Source: Fuerstiella sp. (lineage in GTDB: Bacteria > Planctomycetota > Planctomycetia > Planctomycetales > Planctomycetaceae). Taken from it: a stretch of 64,000 bases of DNA. Shown piece after piece: positions 9,299-18,788 of the stretch. The notes under the pieces were generated by a model. The model did not search any database. It was not told where the DNA came from and was given only the letters and a program-made list of their open reading frames with translations. Location of the stretch: NCBI GenBank assembly GCA_039831575.1, contig JBDONA010001078.1, positions 135 through 64,134 of the forward strand, written 5' to 3'. The translations under genes were made by a program, and so were the position numbers. How positions within the stretch are numbered: position 1 is the first letter of the stretch; each line of letters opens with the position of its first letter.

Positions 9299-9943
9299 AT
9301 GCTACAAGTGATCGGTCTCGGATACCCAAGAACCGGCACCATGTCGTTAAAGCATGCGCTGGAACAATTGCTGCTTGGGCCGTGCTACCACATGATTGAA
9401 GTGTTTGACCGTCCCGACGACGTCGACTTCTGGCTGTTCGCTCTCAGGAACAACGGGCTGGATGCAGACTGGGACACTTTGTTTGAGGACTTTCAGTCCA
9501 CCGCCGACTGTCCTGCGTGCTACTTCTGGGAGTCGCTGTGGCGTCGTTTTCCGGACGCAAAGTATATTCTCACGGTTCGCGACGCGGACGCATGGTACGA
9601 CAGCTTCCTTGCAACGGTTTATGAGGCCATGATGCATCCGGAACGGGCCCCTGACCAGCAGCATCTGGCCGTGCAGAATATGGCGAGGAAGTTGATCCTG
9701 GAAACGATGTTCGAGGGCAGGTTTGAGGATCGCGAGTTTGCGATCGACCAGTATCAGGCACACAACAAGTTGGTCGTCGAAACATTGCCGAAAGAAAAAT
9801 TACTCGTCTTTGACGTAGCTGAGGGCTGGCAGCCCTTGTGCGAGTTTCTTGACGTGGACGTACCTGACACGCCATTTCCACGATCCAACACTCGTGCCGA
9901 ATTCCGACAGCGATTTGCAGTCGTTCCACCGACCGAAATCTAA
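9299..9943 (+). CDS. sulfotransferase family protein (small PAPS-dependent type)
   Basis: The track ORF starts at TTG 9296; ATG is at 9299. 'GLGYPRTGTMSLKHALEQL' phosphosulfate-binding loop at the extreme N-terminus. About 214 aa with 'YILTVRDADAWYDS' and C-terminal 'PFPRSNT', as in Sulfotransfer_4-like proteins. Confidence 0.75.
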   Translation: MLQVIGLGYPRTGTMSLKHALEQLLLGPCYHMIEVFDRPDDVDFWLFALRNNGLDADWDTLFEDFQSTADCPACYFWESLWRRFPDAKYILTVRDADAWYDSFLATVYEAMMHPERAPDQQHLAVQNMARKLILETMFEGRFEDREFAIDQYQAHNKLVVETLPKEKLLVFDVAEGWQPLCEFLDVDVPDTPFPRSNTRAEFRQRFAVVPPTEI

Positions 9944-10022
9944 TGCCTTTTTGAGGCTTGATCAGACGAATGGCCGGTTCGATCATATTGTGAATGTCGA
10001 CGTGACCTGGTCCTTGTGTCGG

Positions 10023-11402
10023 CTACCTCGGTGTCAGCTCTCGCTCCTTGAATGCCGGATAATTCGGCGCGTAACGAGCTGCGCGGAACATCGCGACGCC
10101 TCCCAGACTGGTCGTTCCTCCACCCGCTGCCTGCCGTTTCTGAGTTGTCGCGCCGAGTTCGTTTCGGAAGTCCCACACCACAGTTCCGTTCCTGTCGACT
10201 TCGAACACATATCCTGTTTCGCCGGAACAGATGAGCGTGTTGCCGTTCGGCAATCGTTGAGCTCCCGAAACACGCTGCGAAAACAGGTTGTCAGGATCTT
10301 TGAATCTCCACGTCAATTGCTTCGGGCCAAAGGCACCCTGCCCCGGTCGTTGATACGTTCCATCCTCTTGCAGCGGTGGGGTCAGCTCGTCCACGGTGGA
10401 AAACGATCGCTGGTCGCGGTCGCTGCCGTTGTTGAAAATCAGAATGTTGCCCGCTCCGGGAATACCGGGCGGGATCCAGTGCGGGTCATGCTGCCCGAAC
10501 AGTACCTGATCGAAGGGTGATCCCGCAAACCAGGCGAACGGGTTACCCCAGCGGTACAGCACGTCGCCACCGCGACCGCGACGACCACCGGAATGCTTAG
10601 CCGCTTCCGTTGACGTCGTCCCATGATCGATGACCCAGATTTCGTCGAACGTGCGGCCGCAGAGCAGAATCTGGTCGAGCTGCGGGTTGTAGTCGATGGA
10701 ATTCATGTGAATCCAATCTGCAATCGGGCGGTCAACGTTGTTCAGGTCAATCAGCTCGGGGTGATCGGCGGGTTGTCCAAAGTTCGGTTTTGATTTGTCG
10801 AACGACTGCACGAGGTGATCCCAGAGGTGCCACTCCCAGACAACTTCGCCGCCCGTTTTTCCGACGGGCTTGATCTCCAGGACCACTTCTGGCCAGAGAG
10901 CATCGTTTTCAATTGTTGCCGGGTTGCGCCCTGCAGCAATCGCTTCGTCCCGACTCTTCAATTCCCATGCCACGACAAGAACATTGCCATTCGGCAACGG
11001 TTCGATGTCGTGATGCGAATGTCTGTGATTGTCAGCGACGACGTAATCCCACAGCAGATCTCCGTCCCAGCTGATTCGTTGAATACCGCCAGCCGGGCCG
11101 CCCGGGATGTTGAACGTGCTGTTTGGAATCTTCGCTGTTCGAAGCAAACTCCCGTCTTCCAACAGGTATGCGGCCTGACTCGGCTTGCGTTCGGTGGTCC
11201 ACAAGTGCACAACCTTTCCGTCCAGATCGATCAGAAAGGTCTGCTGTCCTCCGAAAGGAGCGATCAATGTATAGCCGGGGGATGCCTGTGGCGATTTCAG
11301 CAAGACGCCGCGTTTTTCGGTCTGTGCACAGGCAACGACATCCACGAGCAGTAACAGAATAAGCACGCTGAAGCGGTGGTGGAAATGTGCAGGCGTCTGC
11401 AT
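10023..11402 (-). CDS. arylsulfotransferase (ASST)-family beta-propeller protein, secreted
   Basis: ATG 11402 gives signal peptide 'MQTPAHFHHRFSVLILLLLVDVVACAQ'. 'HHDIEPLPNGNVLVVAWE', 'WEWHLWDHLVQ', 'DWIHMNSIDYNPQLDQILL'. Confidence 0.7.
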   Translation of the reverse strand: MQTPAHFHHRFSVLILLLLVDVVACAQTEKRGVLLKSPQASPGYTLIAPFGGQQTFLIDLDGKVVHLWTTERKPSQAAYLLEDGSLLRTAKIPNSTFNIPGGPAGGIQRISWDGDLLWDYVVADNHRHSHHDIEPLPNGNVLVVAWELKSRDEAIAAGRNPATIENDALWPEVVLEIKPVGKTGGEVVWEWHLWDHLVQSFDKSKPNFGQPADHPELIDLNNVDRPIADWIHMNSIDYNPQLDQILLCGRTFDEIWVIDHGTTSTEAAKHSGGRRGRGGDVLYRWGNPFAWFAGSPFDQVLFGQHDPHWIPPGIPGAGNILIFNNGSDRDQRSFSTVDELTPPLQEDGTYQRPGQGAFGPKQLTWRFKDPDNLFSQRVSGAQRLPNGNTLICSGETGYVFEVDRNGTVVWDFRNELGATTQKRQAAGGGTTSLGGVAMFRAARYAPNYPAFKERELTPR

Positions 11403-11776
11403 TGTCGACTCCGGTGACGCGTTGGAAGAAACGGTGACTGGAGAAGATAGCGGACTGGCCCCTGCACCGCTAAGCAAGCGGCAAGAAATCGCAGCGGCTG
11501 CCGACTTGAAAGGGAATCGAGTGTTGCAGCGGCATGTTGTGCAACCGGGAGATTTACCAGTGCCTGGAGCGAGGAACGAGTGAAACCCCGGGGCCGGCAG
11601 TGCCGGTTTGATTCTCCTTCGCAGGCTCAGTCCAGCCTCCGGCGACCCGGACGACGCTTCCACATTCTTCTACTGCACCCCTGGAAAACCCGATATTGAG
11701 GGACTTCGTCTTCTCAGCGTATGATGCTTCCGGACTGCCGACAGGCGTTCGATTTGCTTTTTTCAATTCGCCACGG

Positions 11777-12676
11777 ATGGCTGTCATGGATCCTCAATTT
11801 CACGCCGAGTTCCTCGAGAAGATCGGGCACACAATCAAAGAACACCAGGGAACGCTGTGGTTCGATGTGTTTTCCCGGGCCTGGACTACAATTCCGTATG
11901 ATGCGCCGATTGATTCTGCCGCGTTTGACGCACCACAGATTCTGGGCGACAACGGCCTGATGGCTCGGTATTCGTGTTCCCTGGAAACCGGTGTCCATAG
12001 TTTTCAGCAGGTCGTCACCGATAAGAACTATGGCATGCCGACGCTGGTCAACAAGGCACGCAATAAGACTCGACAGGGTTTGCGGAACTGCACGGCTGGT
12101 CAGCTTGACCCTCGCGACCTGGGCGATGCCGGCGTTCAGTTACATGCTGATACGTTGATTCGTCAGGGTCGCAGATTGCCGAATGACTTTGCCGCGTACT
12201 GGAAAAACTACTTCACAGCTGCAGCAGCGTCTCCTGCGGTGACCGCATGGGCCGCGTGGCATGACGGGGAACTGGCTGCCTACCTGCTTTCGTTTCGGGC
12301 TGGTTCAAAAGAATACATCTCGATCGTTCGATCCAGTGCGGACAAGCTAAAGTACCGACCCAACAATGCGATGCTGTTCACGTTTCTGGAATGGGCCATG
12401 GCTCGCGATGAGATCGCTGAAGTGTCCATCGGACTGCAATCGCTGCAGCCAGGTGGCGAGTCACTCGATCTGTTCAAACGAGGGCTTGGGTTTCAGGAAC
12501 GGCCGATTGGTCAACGAATTGAGTTGCGTCGAAGTCTGACGGCTGCTCTTCCGCGTCCCGTCGCCTCACTGGCGGCTGCCACGCTCAGGTACCTGCCCGG
12601 CGGGGAAAAACAAGCACGGCTGACCGGCGCATTGAAGTGGTATGCGTCACAGCCAAAGATTCGACCCGCCGCGTAG
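11777..12676 (+). CDS. GNAT-fold acyltransferase, FemAB/CelD-like (tentative)
   Basis: The track ORF starts at TTG 11696; the first ATG is at 11777. 'AAWHDGELAAYLLSFRAGSKEYISIVRSSADKLKYRPNNAMLFTFLEWAMA...LDLFKRGLGF' resembles the BioF2-like/CelD acetyltransferase pattern. Assignment is by pattern only. Confidence 0.5.
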   Translation: MAVMDPQFHAEFLEKIGHTIKEHQGTLWFDVFSRAWTTIPYDAPIDSAAFDAPQILGDNGLMARYSCSLETGVHSFQQVVTDKNYGMPTLVNKARNKTRQGLRNCTAGQLDPRDLGDAGVQLHADTLIRQGRRLPNDFAAYWKNYFTAAAASPAVTAWAAWHDGELAAYLLSFRAGSKEYISIVRSSADKLKYRPNNAMLFTFLEWAMARDEIAEVSIGLQSLQPGGESLDLFKRGLGFQERPIGQRIELRRSLTAALPRPVASLAAATLRYLPGGEKQARLTGALKWYASQPKIRPAA

Positions 12677-12797
12677 TCGCCCGTCGCGCGATTCAAGGTC
12701 ACTGCCTGCACGACTCAATGGCCTTATCCACAGGCTCGCACTCGGAAATTCAGATGATCTCGGTTGACGGCTGTTCATCGTTGATCATGATCCGGGT

Positions 12798-13634
12798 ATG
12801 GATGAGCCATCAGCGCAATTAGTAGTCTTTACGGATCTTGACGGCTGTTTGCTGAACAAAGCAGACTACGACTGGTCGGTGGCAGAGCCGATGCTCAGAC
12901 GTCTGGAGCATCTGGGCGTGCCGGTAGTGCTGAGTTCCAGCAAGACGGTCGCTGAGATGTCGGAACTACGGCACGAATTGTGTGTGCCCGAAGCACCATT
13001 CATTTCAGAAAATGGTGGTGTCGTCCATTGGCCGGATTCATGGCTGCCGCACGACGAAGCATCGACAGAGCCAGCTGAGAACGTGGCAGCTGCGACGAGT
13101 CGTTCGATGATTCTTAAAGTGTTGGCGCAGCTGAAGAAACAATTCCAGTTCCGATCGTTCGTCGACCTTGGCGTTGAGGGCGTGATGGCGAACACGGACC
13201 TGCCTCGCGATAAAGCGGAACTTGCCTGTCAGCGGCACAGCACCGAACCGCTTCTGTGGGACGATACAGACGAGAACGTAGACGTCTTTCGAACGAAATT
13301 GACGGAACAGAACCTGACACTGACAAAGGGCGGGCGTTTCTGGCACGTTGCCGGGCATGCGACAAAAGGACGAGCCATGCGGCAGGTGGCCGACAGATAT
13401 CGTGAAACCACTCCGCGGGGAATCACAACCGCCGCAATCGGTGATAGCCCGATCGATCAAAGTATGCTGGATATTGCCGACTACCCAATCGGCATTCCGG
13501 CGGTGGATGGGCGGCTGAATGTTGAAGTGGCCGCACAGCGCGGCATTGTGGCCTCCAGAGACGGAGCAGCGGGTTGGGCGGAATCCGTCGGGCAGCTGCT
13601 GGACCAATTGGGTTTCGACGATGCAAATCAATAG
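12798..13634 (+). CDS. HAD-IIB phosphatase, mannosyl-3-phosphoglycerate phosphatase (YedP/MpgP)-like
   Basis: 'VVFTDLDGCLLNKADYDWSVAEPMLRRLEHLGVPVVLSSSKT' (HAD motifs I/II, close to the E. coli YedP pattern). 'FISENGGVV'. 'AAIGDSPIDQSML' (motif IV). Confidence 0.8.
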   Translation: MDEPSAQLVVFTDLDGCLLNKADYDWSVAEPMLRRLEHLGVPVVLSSSKTVAEMSELRHELCVPEAPFISENGGVVHWPDSWLPHDEASTEPAENVAAATSRSMILKVLAQLKKQFQFRSFVDLGVEGVMANTDLPRDKAELACQRHSTEPLLWDDTDENVDVFRTKLTEQNLTLTKGGRFWHVAGHATKGRAMRQVADRYRETTPRGITTAAIGDSPIDQSMLDIADYPIGIPAVDGRLNVEVAAQRGIVASRDGAAGWAESVGQLLDQLGFDDANQ

Positions 13635-13648
13635 AATGCACGAAGTCA

Positions 13649-13712
13649 GCAAAGGGGTCAGGAACCAATAGTGCGAAGCACCGTTCCGGCTATTGGCTCC
13701 TGACCCCTTTGC
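13649..13712. repeat. 64-nt palindromic element (23-bp stem), related tips to the 74-nt elements
   Basis: GCAAAGGGGTCAGGAACCAATAG (13649-13671) pairs with CTATTGGCTCCTGACCCCTTTGC (13690-13712), with one mismatch. No U-run follows. It lies between the phosphatase stop and the synthase start. Confidence 0.8.
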
Positions 13713-13753
13713 TGAGACTTAACGTTGTTCCAACAGACGAAGGCTCCGAAATA

Positions 13754-14965
13754 ATGGCGGATTTTGCTCAGAACGGAATCATTGGGACGCTGCACAATCT
13801 TCGGAACCGGTCGACGGAAGAACTGGAATCAGAACTGGTTGGGTTCTCCAAAGACACCCCCATGTCGCTGTTGCTCCCGTGCCTGTACTCGGAACTGGAA
13901 GGCCCGGCAATGGGGCCGATTGTCGAGGAACTGGCGAAGATTCCATATCTTTCGGAAATCATCATCGGCCTTGATCGCGCGAACGAAACTCAGTTTCAGT
14001 CCGCACGCCGCTTCTTCGAAAAACTGCCGCAGAACTACAAGGTGCTGTGGAACGATGGCACGCGACTGCGTCACGTTGATGCTGCATTGCAATCGGAAGG
14101 ACTTGCACCAACCGAAGCTGGCAAAGGCCGCAATGTCTGGTACTGTCTTGGTTACTTTCTGGCATCCGGAAAATCAAAAGCCGTCGCTCTGCACGACTGT
14201 GACATTCTGACGTATGACCGTTCCATGCCGGCTCGCCTGTTGTATCCGCTGGCGCATCCGTCCTTCCACTATCAGTTTTGCAAGGGCTACTACTACCGAG
14301 CTGCCAACGGGAAGCTCAACGGGCGTGTTTATCGTCTGCTGGTGATTCCATTGCTCAGTGCTCTGAAACAGATGCTCGGTCGCAACGAATACCTCGATTA
14401 CATGAGCAGCTTTCGTTACTCGCTGGCGGGCGAGTTTTCCATGCGTTCCGAAGTGGTTTCGTCGCTGCGTTTTCCCAGCGACTGGGGACTGGAAATCGGA
14501 ACTCTGTCTGAGATGTATCGCAACTGCAATCTGAACCGAATCTGTCAGGTGGACATCGCAGACAGCTATGACCACAAGCATCAGCCGGTGTCAGAAGAGA
14601 ATCGCACGGGAGGGCTGCACCGGATGGCTCATGACATCAGCAAGGCTCTGTTTCGCAAGCTGTCCGTCGAAGGCGTCGTGATTTCGGCGGATATGCTCAG
14701 GACGTTGAAGGCGTGTTATTATCGAACAGCTCTGGACGTGGTTGACCACTACAACAACGACGCGGTGATGAGTGGGCTGGTGCTGGACCGTCATCACGAA
14801 GAAGCGACTGTCGAGCTGTTTAGCCGAGTCGTTCTGGCGGCGGGCAGCGAGTTTCTCAGTCGTCCTGACGAGTCCCCGTTTATTCACAACTGGTCGCGAG
14901 TTCTGAGCGCCGTTCCCGACGTCTTCGACCGGATTTTGGGTGCGGTCGAAGCGGACAACGCGTAA
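13754..14965 (+). CDS. GT-A glycosyltransferase, glucosyl/mannosyl-3-phosphoglycerate synthase-like
   Basis: ATG 13754 ('MADFAQNGIIGTLHNL'); the track ORF extends upstream through the palindromic element. 'ALHDCDILTYD' DxD-type motif. 'GKGRNVWY'. 'SDWGLEIGTLSE'. Adjacent to the MpgP-like phosphatase. Confidence 0.6.
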   Translation: MADFAQNGIIGTLHNLRNRSTEELESELVGFSKDTPMSLLLPCLYSELEGPAMGPIVEELAKIPYLSEIIIGLDRANETQFQSARRFFEKLPQNYKVLWNDGTRLRHVDAALQSEGLAPTEAGKGRNVWYCLGYFLASGKSKAVALHDCDILTYDRSMPARLLYPLAHPSFHYQFCKGYYYRAANGKLNGRVYRLLVIPLLSALKQMLGRNEYLDYMSSFRYSLAGEFSMRSEVVSSLRFPSDWGLEIGTLSEMYRNCNLNRICQVDIADSYDHKHQPVSEENRTGGLHRMAHDISKALFRKLSVEGVVISADMLRTLKACYYRTALDVVDHYNNDAVMSGLVLDRHHEEATVELFSRVVLAAGSEFLSRPDESPFIHNWSRVLSAVPDVFDRILGAVEADNA

Positions 14966-15010
14966 GCGGCGGAGTGCGGGCGAAGGATTATTCCCGCCTG
15001 CTTCGTTTTG

Positions 15011-16333
15011 TCAGAGCCCAGCGACCTGGAAGCCGTCGCGCGGAGTGCGTTTGAGGAGAGAATTGGCTTCTTTCAGGTTTGTGACAATTAAATCCTCGGC
15101 GTCCCACATTAGTTTCTGGCCGGGAAAACGGTTGGCGACGACTCCCAGAAGCAATGCTTCCGTCAGTCGACCGGCGTAACCGAAATGCGAACTGGTTTTG
15201 CCGTTTCCCATACATGCATCGACCCACTGGTGGTAATGGTTGCGCGGTTCAAGGTCCGGACGTTGGGCCTCTTTGAACTTGTCTTCGGGGAAAAGTTGCG
15301 GCTCGGACACATGTGGCAGCAGCATTGTGCCGTCTTCGCCAACGAAGAGCGAACCCTGGTTGGGCAGCTTCAGCCCCTCCGGCACACCCAGGCCGTCCGT
15401 CGGCGGTGGCGCATTCGCACCGTCGTACCAGGTCCAGCGCATCGTATTGGTGGTATACGGCGTTCCGGGAAATTCGTATTCGACGATATTCTGTTCGGGG
15501 TGTCCTACACCGGTTGGTTTTCGGCAGGTTGTCCTGACCCACGTCGGATTCGTCAGCACCAGAGCTCGGTACGGCGTGTCGAAAATATGGACGCCCATGT
15601 CGCCGAGCGTTCCCGTGCCGAAGGCAATCTGCTTCCGCCACGATCCCTGGTGATAGACGCCCTTCTTATACGGACGCATGGCAGTCGTGCCGATCCAGAG
15701 GTTCCAGTCCAGATTCTGTGGGACGTCGTCGAAACTCGTGAAAGCCGGTCCGTCGTAGCCCCAGTTCTTATATGACCATGCGAGGACTTTGCTGACTTTT
15801 CCGATCACGCCGTTCTGAATCATCTGCGTCGCGCTGCGGTACGGCAGCCCGGCGCTTGCCTGAATGCCCATCTGCGTGACCAGTCCTTTCTTCTCAGCGA
15901 CCAGTCGCAACCGGCGTGCTTCAAAAATCTCATGCGTCAACGGTTTCTGGCAGTAGACCGGTTTGCCGTGATTCATGGCAGTCATCACTGCCGGTGCGTG
16001 TGTGTGGTCGGGGGTGGACACCACGACGGCATCAATCGCGTCGCCCATAGTGGAAATCATCTCGCGATAGTCCCGAAACGTGCGAGCGTTTGGAAATTTT
16101 ACAGCAGCTGCCGTCAGGATCTTTGAATCAACATCGCACAGCGCTGCAACCTCGACTCCCGCATGAGAAGAAACCGATTTCAGGTCGGCTTCGCCCATTC
16201 CCCCGACTCCGACATGAGCGGTTCGCAGCCGGGCATTCGGCGAATAAGCATTGAACGGCAATGGCAGGATGCTGCAGGCCGCGAGCGCGGTTGAGGCTTT
16301 GACGAACTGGCGGCGCTGGATCGTGTGGCTCAT
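15011..16333 (-). CDS. Gfo/Idh/MocA-family oxidoreductase with Tat signal
   Basis: 'RRQFVKASTALAA' twin-arginine leader. Rossmann 'RTAHVGVGGMGEADL'. 'VVVSTPDHTHA', 'VYCQKPL'. Confidence 0.85.
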   Translation of the reverse strand: MSHTIQRRQFVKASTALAACSILPLPFNAYSPNARLRTAHVGVGGMGEADLKSVSSHAGVEVAALCDVDSKILTAAAVKFPNARTFRDYREMISTMGDAIDAVVVSTPDHTHAPAVMTAMNHGKPVYCQKPLTHEIFEARRLRLVAEKKGLVTQMGIQASAGLPYRSATQMIQNGVIGKVSKVLAWSYKNWGYDGPAFTSFDDVPQNLDWNLWIGTTAMRPYKKGVYHQGSWRKQIAFGTGTLGDMGVHIFDTPYRALVLTNPTWVRTTCRKPTGVGHPEQNIVEYEFPGTPYTTNTMRWTWYDGANAPPPTDGLGVPEGLKLPNQGSLFVGEDGTMLLPHVSEPQLFPEDKFKEAQRPDLEPRNHYHQWVDACMGNGKTSSHFGYAGRLTEALLLGVVANRFPGQKLMWDAEDLIVTNLKEANSLLKRTPRDGFQVAGL

Positions 16334-16453
16334 GGAAGGCCTCCGGCAAGAAAGTTCAACGGAGTTGGGTTACGACACGAGGACGGAGGATCAAGATTAT
16401 GATTCGTTCGGAACACTTTGTGTGGAATATTGATAAGTCCGTCTAACGAATCC

Positions 16454-17785
16454 TTACGAATTATCGTCGTTGGACGACGCCCGCTGCTGTTGTCGCAGTT
16501 TGTCGACCCATTCGCGAAATTGAACTTCGTGGCCTCGTGAGACGGGTTCGTAGTACTGCTTGGGTACGCCCAGATAATCCTGGTTGACCCATCCGTCGTC
16601 TGAATCGTGCGCGTATTGGTAGCCTGCGCCGTGACCCAGTTTCTGGGCACCCTTGTAGTGGCCGTCACGCAGATGCATTGGGACGGGCAACACGGAATTC
16701 GTGCGGACATCCTGTAACGCTGCGTCGATCGCTTTGTACGCGGCATTCGATTTGGGAGCACAGGCAAGGTAGGTGGTGGCCTGAGCCAGATTGATGCGAC
16801 ATTCCGGCATGCCGATGGTCTCGGTGGCCTGAAACGCGGCAGTGGCGATCAACAGCCCCTGCGGATCTGCGTTGCCGATATCTTCTGATGCGGAAATCAC
16901 CAGCCGTCGGGCGATAAATCGTGGATCTTCGCCGGATTCCAGCATGCGGGCCAGCCAGTACAGTGACGCGTCGGGGTCACTGCCACGAATACTCTTGATG
17001 AAAGCACTGGCCACATCGTAGTGATCGTCCCCGTTCGGATCGAAGCGGATCACACGCTTCTGCAGCGACTCCTGAGCCACAGTGCGGTCGACTTTTTTTG
17101 TCGTGGCAGCAACCGACAGCACAGCGATCTCCAGGGCCATCAAAGCACGCCGCGCGTCGCCATCGGATAATGTTGCGATTAGTTCCAGTGCATCGTCTTC
17201 GACGTTGACGCTGTGCTTTCCAAGCCCCCGGCCTGAGTCCTGCAGCGCTGCGTTCATGAGTTGCAGCAGGTCCGTTGTATCCAGTTCACGGAACTCAAAG
17301 ATCTGACTACGACTGATCAAGGGTGCGACCAGTGAGAAGAAAGGATTGGCAGTTGTCGCTCCAATCAGTGAGATCGTACCCGACTCAACATCGGGCAGCA
17401 GGATGTCCTGCTGGCTTCTACTGAAGCGATGGAGTTCGTCGATGAATACCACGGTCTGAGTTCCGTCGGAGCTAAGAGCGTTTTCGGCCTCGGCCAGAAG
17501 CTCGCGCACTTCCTTGACGCCCGCCCCCGTTGCATTCAAACGTCGAAAACGACGTTTCGTGTGCTTCGCAATCAGCTCCGCAAGGGAAGTCTTGCCGATC
17601 CCCGGAGGGCCGTAAAAAATGACGGAACCAAGTCGATCCGCATCCAGCATGCGCCGCAGCAACTTGCCTTCGCCAAGAATGTGCTGCTGCCCGTAGAATT
17701 CGTCCAGGCTGCGAGGACGCATTCGCGCTGCCAATGGCCGAGCTTTTTCGCGATTCGTTTCTTCTTCGGCGGCAAACAGATTCAT
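16454..17785 (-). CDS. rarA: replication-associated recombination protein A (AAA+ ATPase MgsA/RarA)
   Basis: ATG 17785 ('MNLFAAEE...PLAARMRP'). Walker A '[17 protein letters not shown]'. Walker B '[16 protein letters not shown]'. MgsA C-terminal block '[20 protein letters not shown]'. Confidence 0.92.
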   Translation of the reverse strand: MNLFAAEEETNREKARPLAARMRPRSLDEFYGQQHILGEGKLLRRMLDADRLGSVIFYGPPGIGKTSLAELIAKHTKRRFRRLNATGAGVKEVRELLAEAENALSSDGTQTVVFIDELHRFSRSQQDILLPDVESGTISLIGATTANPFFSLVAPLISRSQIFEFRELDTTDLLQLMNAALQDSGRGLGKHSVNVEDDALELIATLSDGDARRALMALEIAVLSVAATTKKVDRTVAQESLQKRVIRFDPNGDDHYDVASAFIKSIRGSDPDASLYWLARMLESGEDPRFIARRLVISASEDIGNADPQGLLIATAAFQATETIGMPECRINLAQATTYLACAPKSNAAYKAIDAALQDVRTNSVLPVPMHLRDGHYKGAQKLGHGAGYQYAHDSDDGWVNQDYLGVPKQYYEPVSRGHEVQFREWVDKLRQQQRASSNDDNS

Positions 17786-18049
17786 GGCAGCAGGCAAACG
17801 GACTTTGGAGTCGGAATTCGTGGGGTTATGTGCGTTTTAGGCCTCAAGGACTGCAGATTCGTTAAGGAACGTGGCCGAGGGACACAGATTCCTGTGGTAG
17901 GATGGCCCAAATCCCGATCATTCTGAAGTGAGTCGCGGCAATTTGTTGGCGACTCAGCACGATCCGCTGGAAAATCAGGCAGGTGGTTCCGACAGTTTGT
18001 GCAAACACGCGGCAGATTGCCGCTACGAGTTAACCGAGGTAACCCAGAC

Positions 18050-18652
18050 ATGGTGGCCGTGCTTCAGCCAGTTGGTGAAGGCAAGTTGATTGCTATCGAT
18101 CGCGCCGTCATTCTTGTCGGGCGGGGAGCCGACTGTGACGTCGTGATCACACATAGCCAGAAGATTTCGCGACGGCACTGTTGTCTGGTTCAAGTGGACG
18201 AAACGTACTTTGTCAGAGATCTCGGTAGTCTGAACGGCGTCTGGCTGAATGGCGAACGTGTCAATCGAGAAACACAGATGCAATCCGGCGATCGGGTGGC
18301 GATCGGCGATGTCGAGTTTCTGTTTCACACCAACGCCCGAATCGAAGCAAAGAAGGCTGCTTTCCCGGTGTCCGGTGGAATTGCGCCACCACGCGTCGCT
18401 CAGATGGATGGCCACGAACAACTGAATCTGTCTGATTCGGCAGATGGGCCGGCAAACAACGCCAGTTCGGAAAGTAAAGCGGATGACGTGCCCGTCATTG
18501 AAGTGATGGATGACGTTATTCTGATAGAGGACGAAGCCGACCCGACTCTGAATGAAACGAACGAAATTGAAGTGATCGATGAGCCCATTTGCGATCCAGA
18601 GGGCGACGACGGAGGGGATTCCGAGGAACTGATCATCTTTGATGACGAGTAA
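18050..18652 (+). CDS. FHA-domain protein with strongly acidic C-terminal tail
   Basis: ATG 18050. 'VILVGRGADCDVVI...ISRRHCCLVQVDETYFVRDLGSLNGVWLNGERV'. The tail is 'VIEVMDDVILIEDEADPTLNETNEIEVIDEP...EELIIFDDE'. Confidence 0.8.
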   Translation: MVAVLQPVGEGKLIAIDRAVILVGRGADCDVVITHSQKISRRHCCLVQVDETYFVRDLGSLNGVWLNGERVNRETQMQSGDRVAIGDVEFLFHTNARIEAKKAAFPVSGGIAPPRVAQMDGHEQLNLSDSADGPANNASSESKADDVPVIEVMDDVILIEDEADPTLNETNEIEVIDEPICDPEGDDGGDSEELIIFDDE

Positions 18653-18788
18653 CGTCCGCGTGACGATTTGGTCAACACGCTTTGGCGACAGCGAATTACA
18701 CTGACTCGTGGCCGCGACAGAGGCGTTCCAGCCTGAGAAAACGGCATGTCCACGAGCCAGAACCGTTCACGCGAATAACTAAACGGTT

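Noticed and set aside
11403-11663. 87-codon upstream extension of the ASST ORF.
   Set aside because: It is Pro/Arg/Cys/Ser-rich and precedes a perfectly good Met plus signal peptide at 11402.
13574-13753. 60-codon N-terminal extension of the glycosyltransferase ORF.
   Set aside because: It reads straight through the palindromic repeat element ('KSAKGSGTNSAKHRSGYWLLTPLL') and overlaps the end of the phosphatase gene. ATG 13754 starts the conserved 'MADFAQNGIIGTLHNL'.
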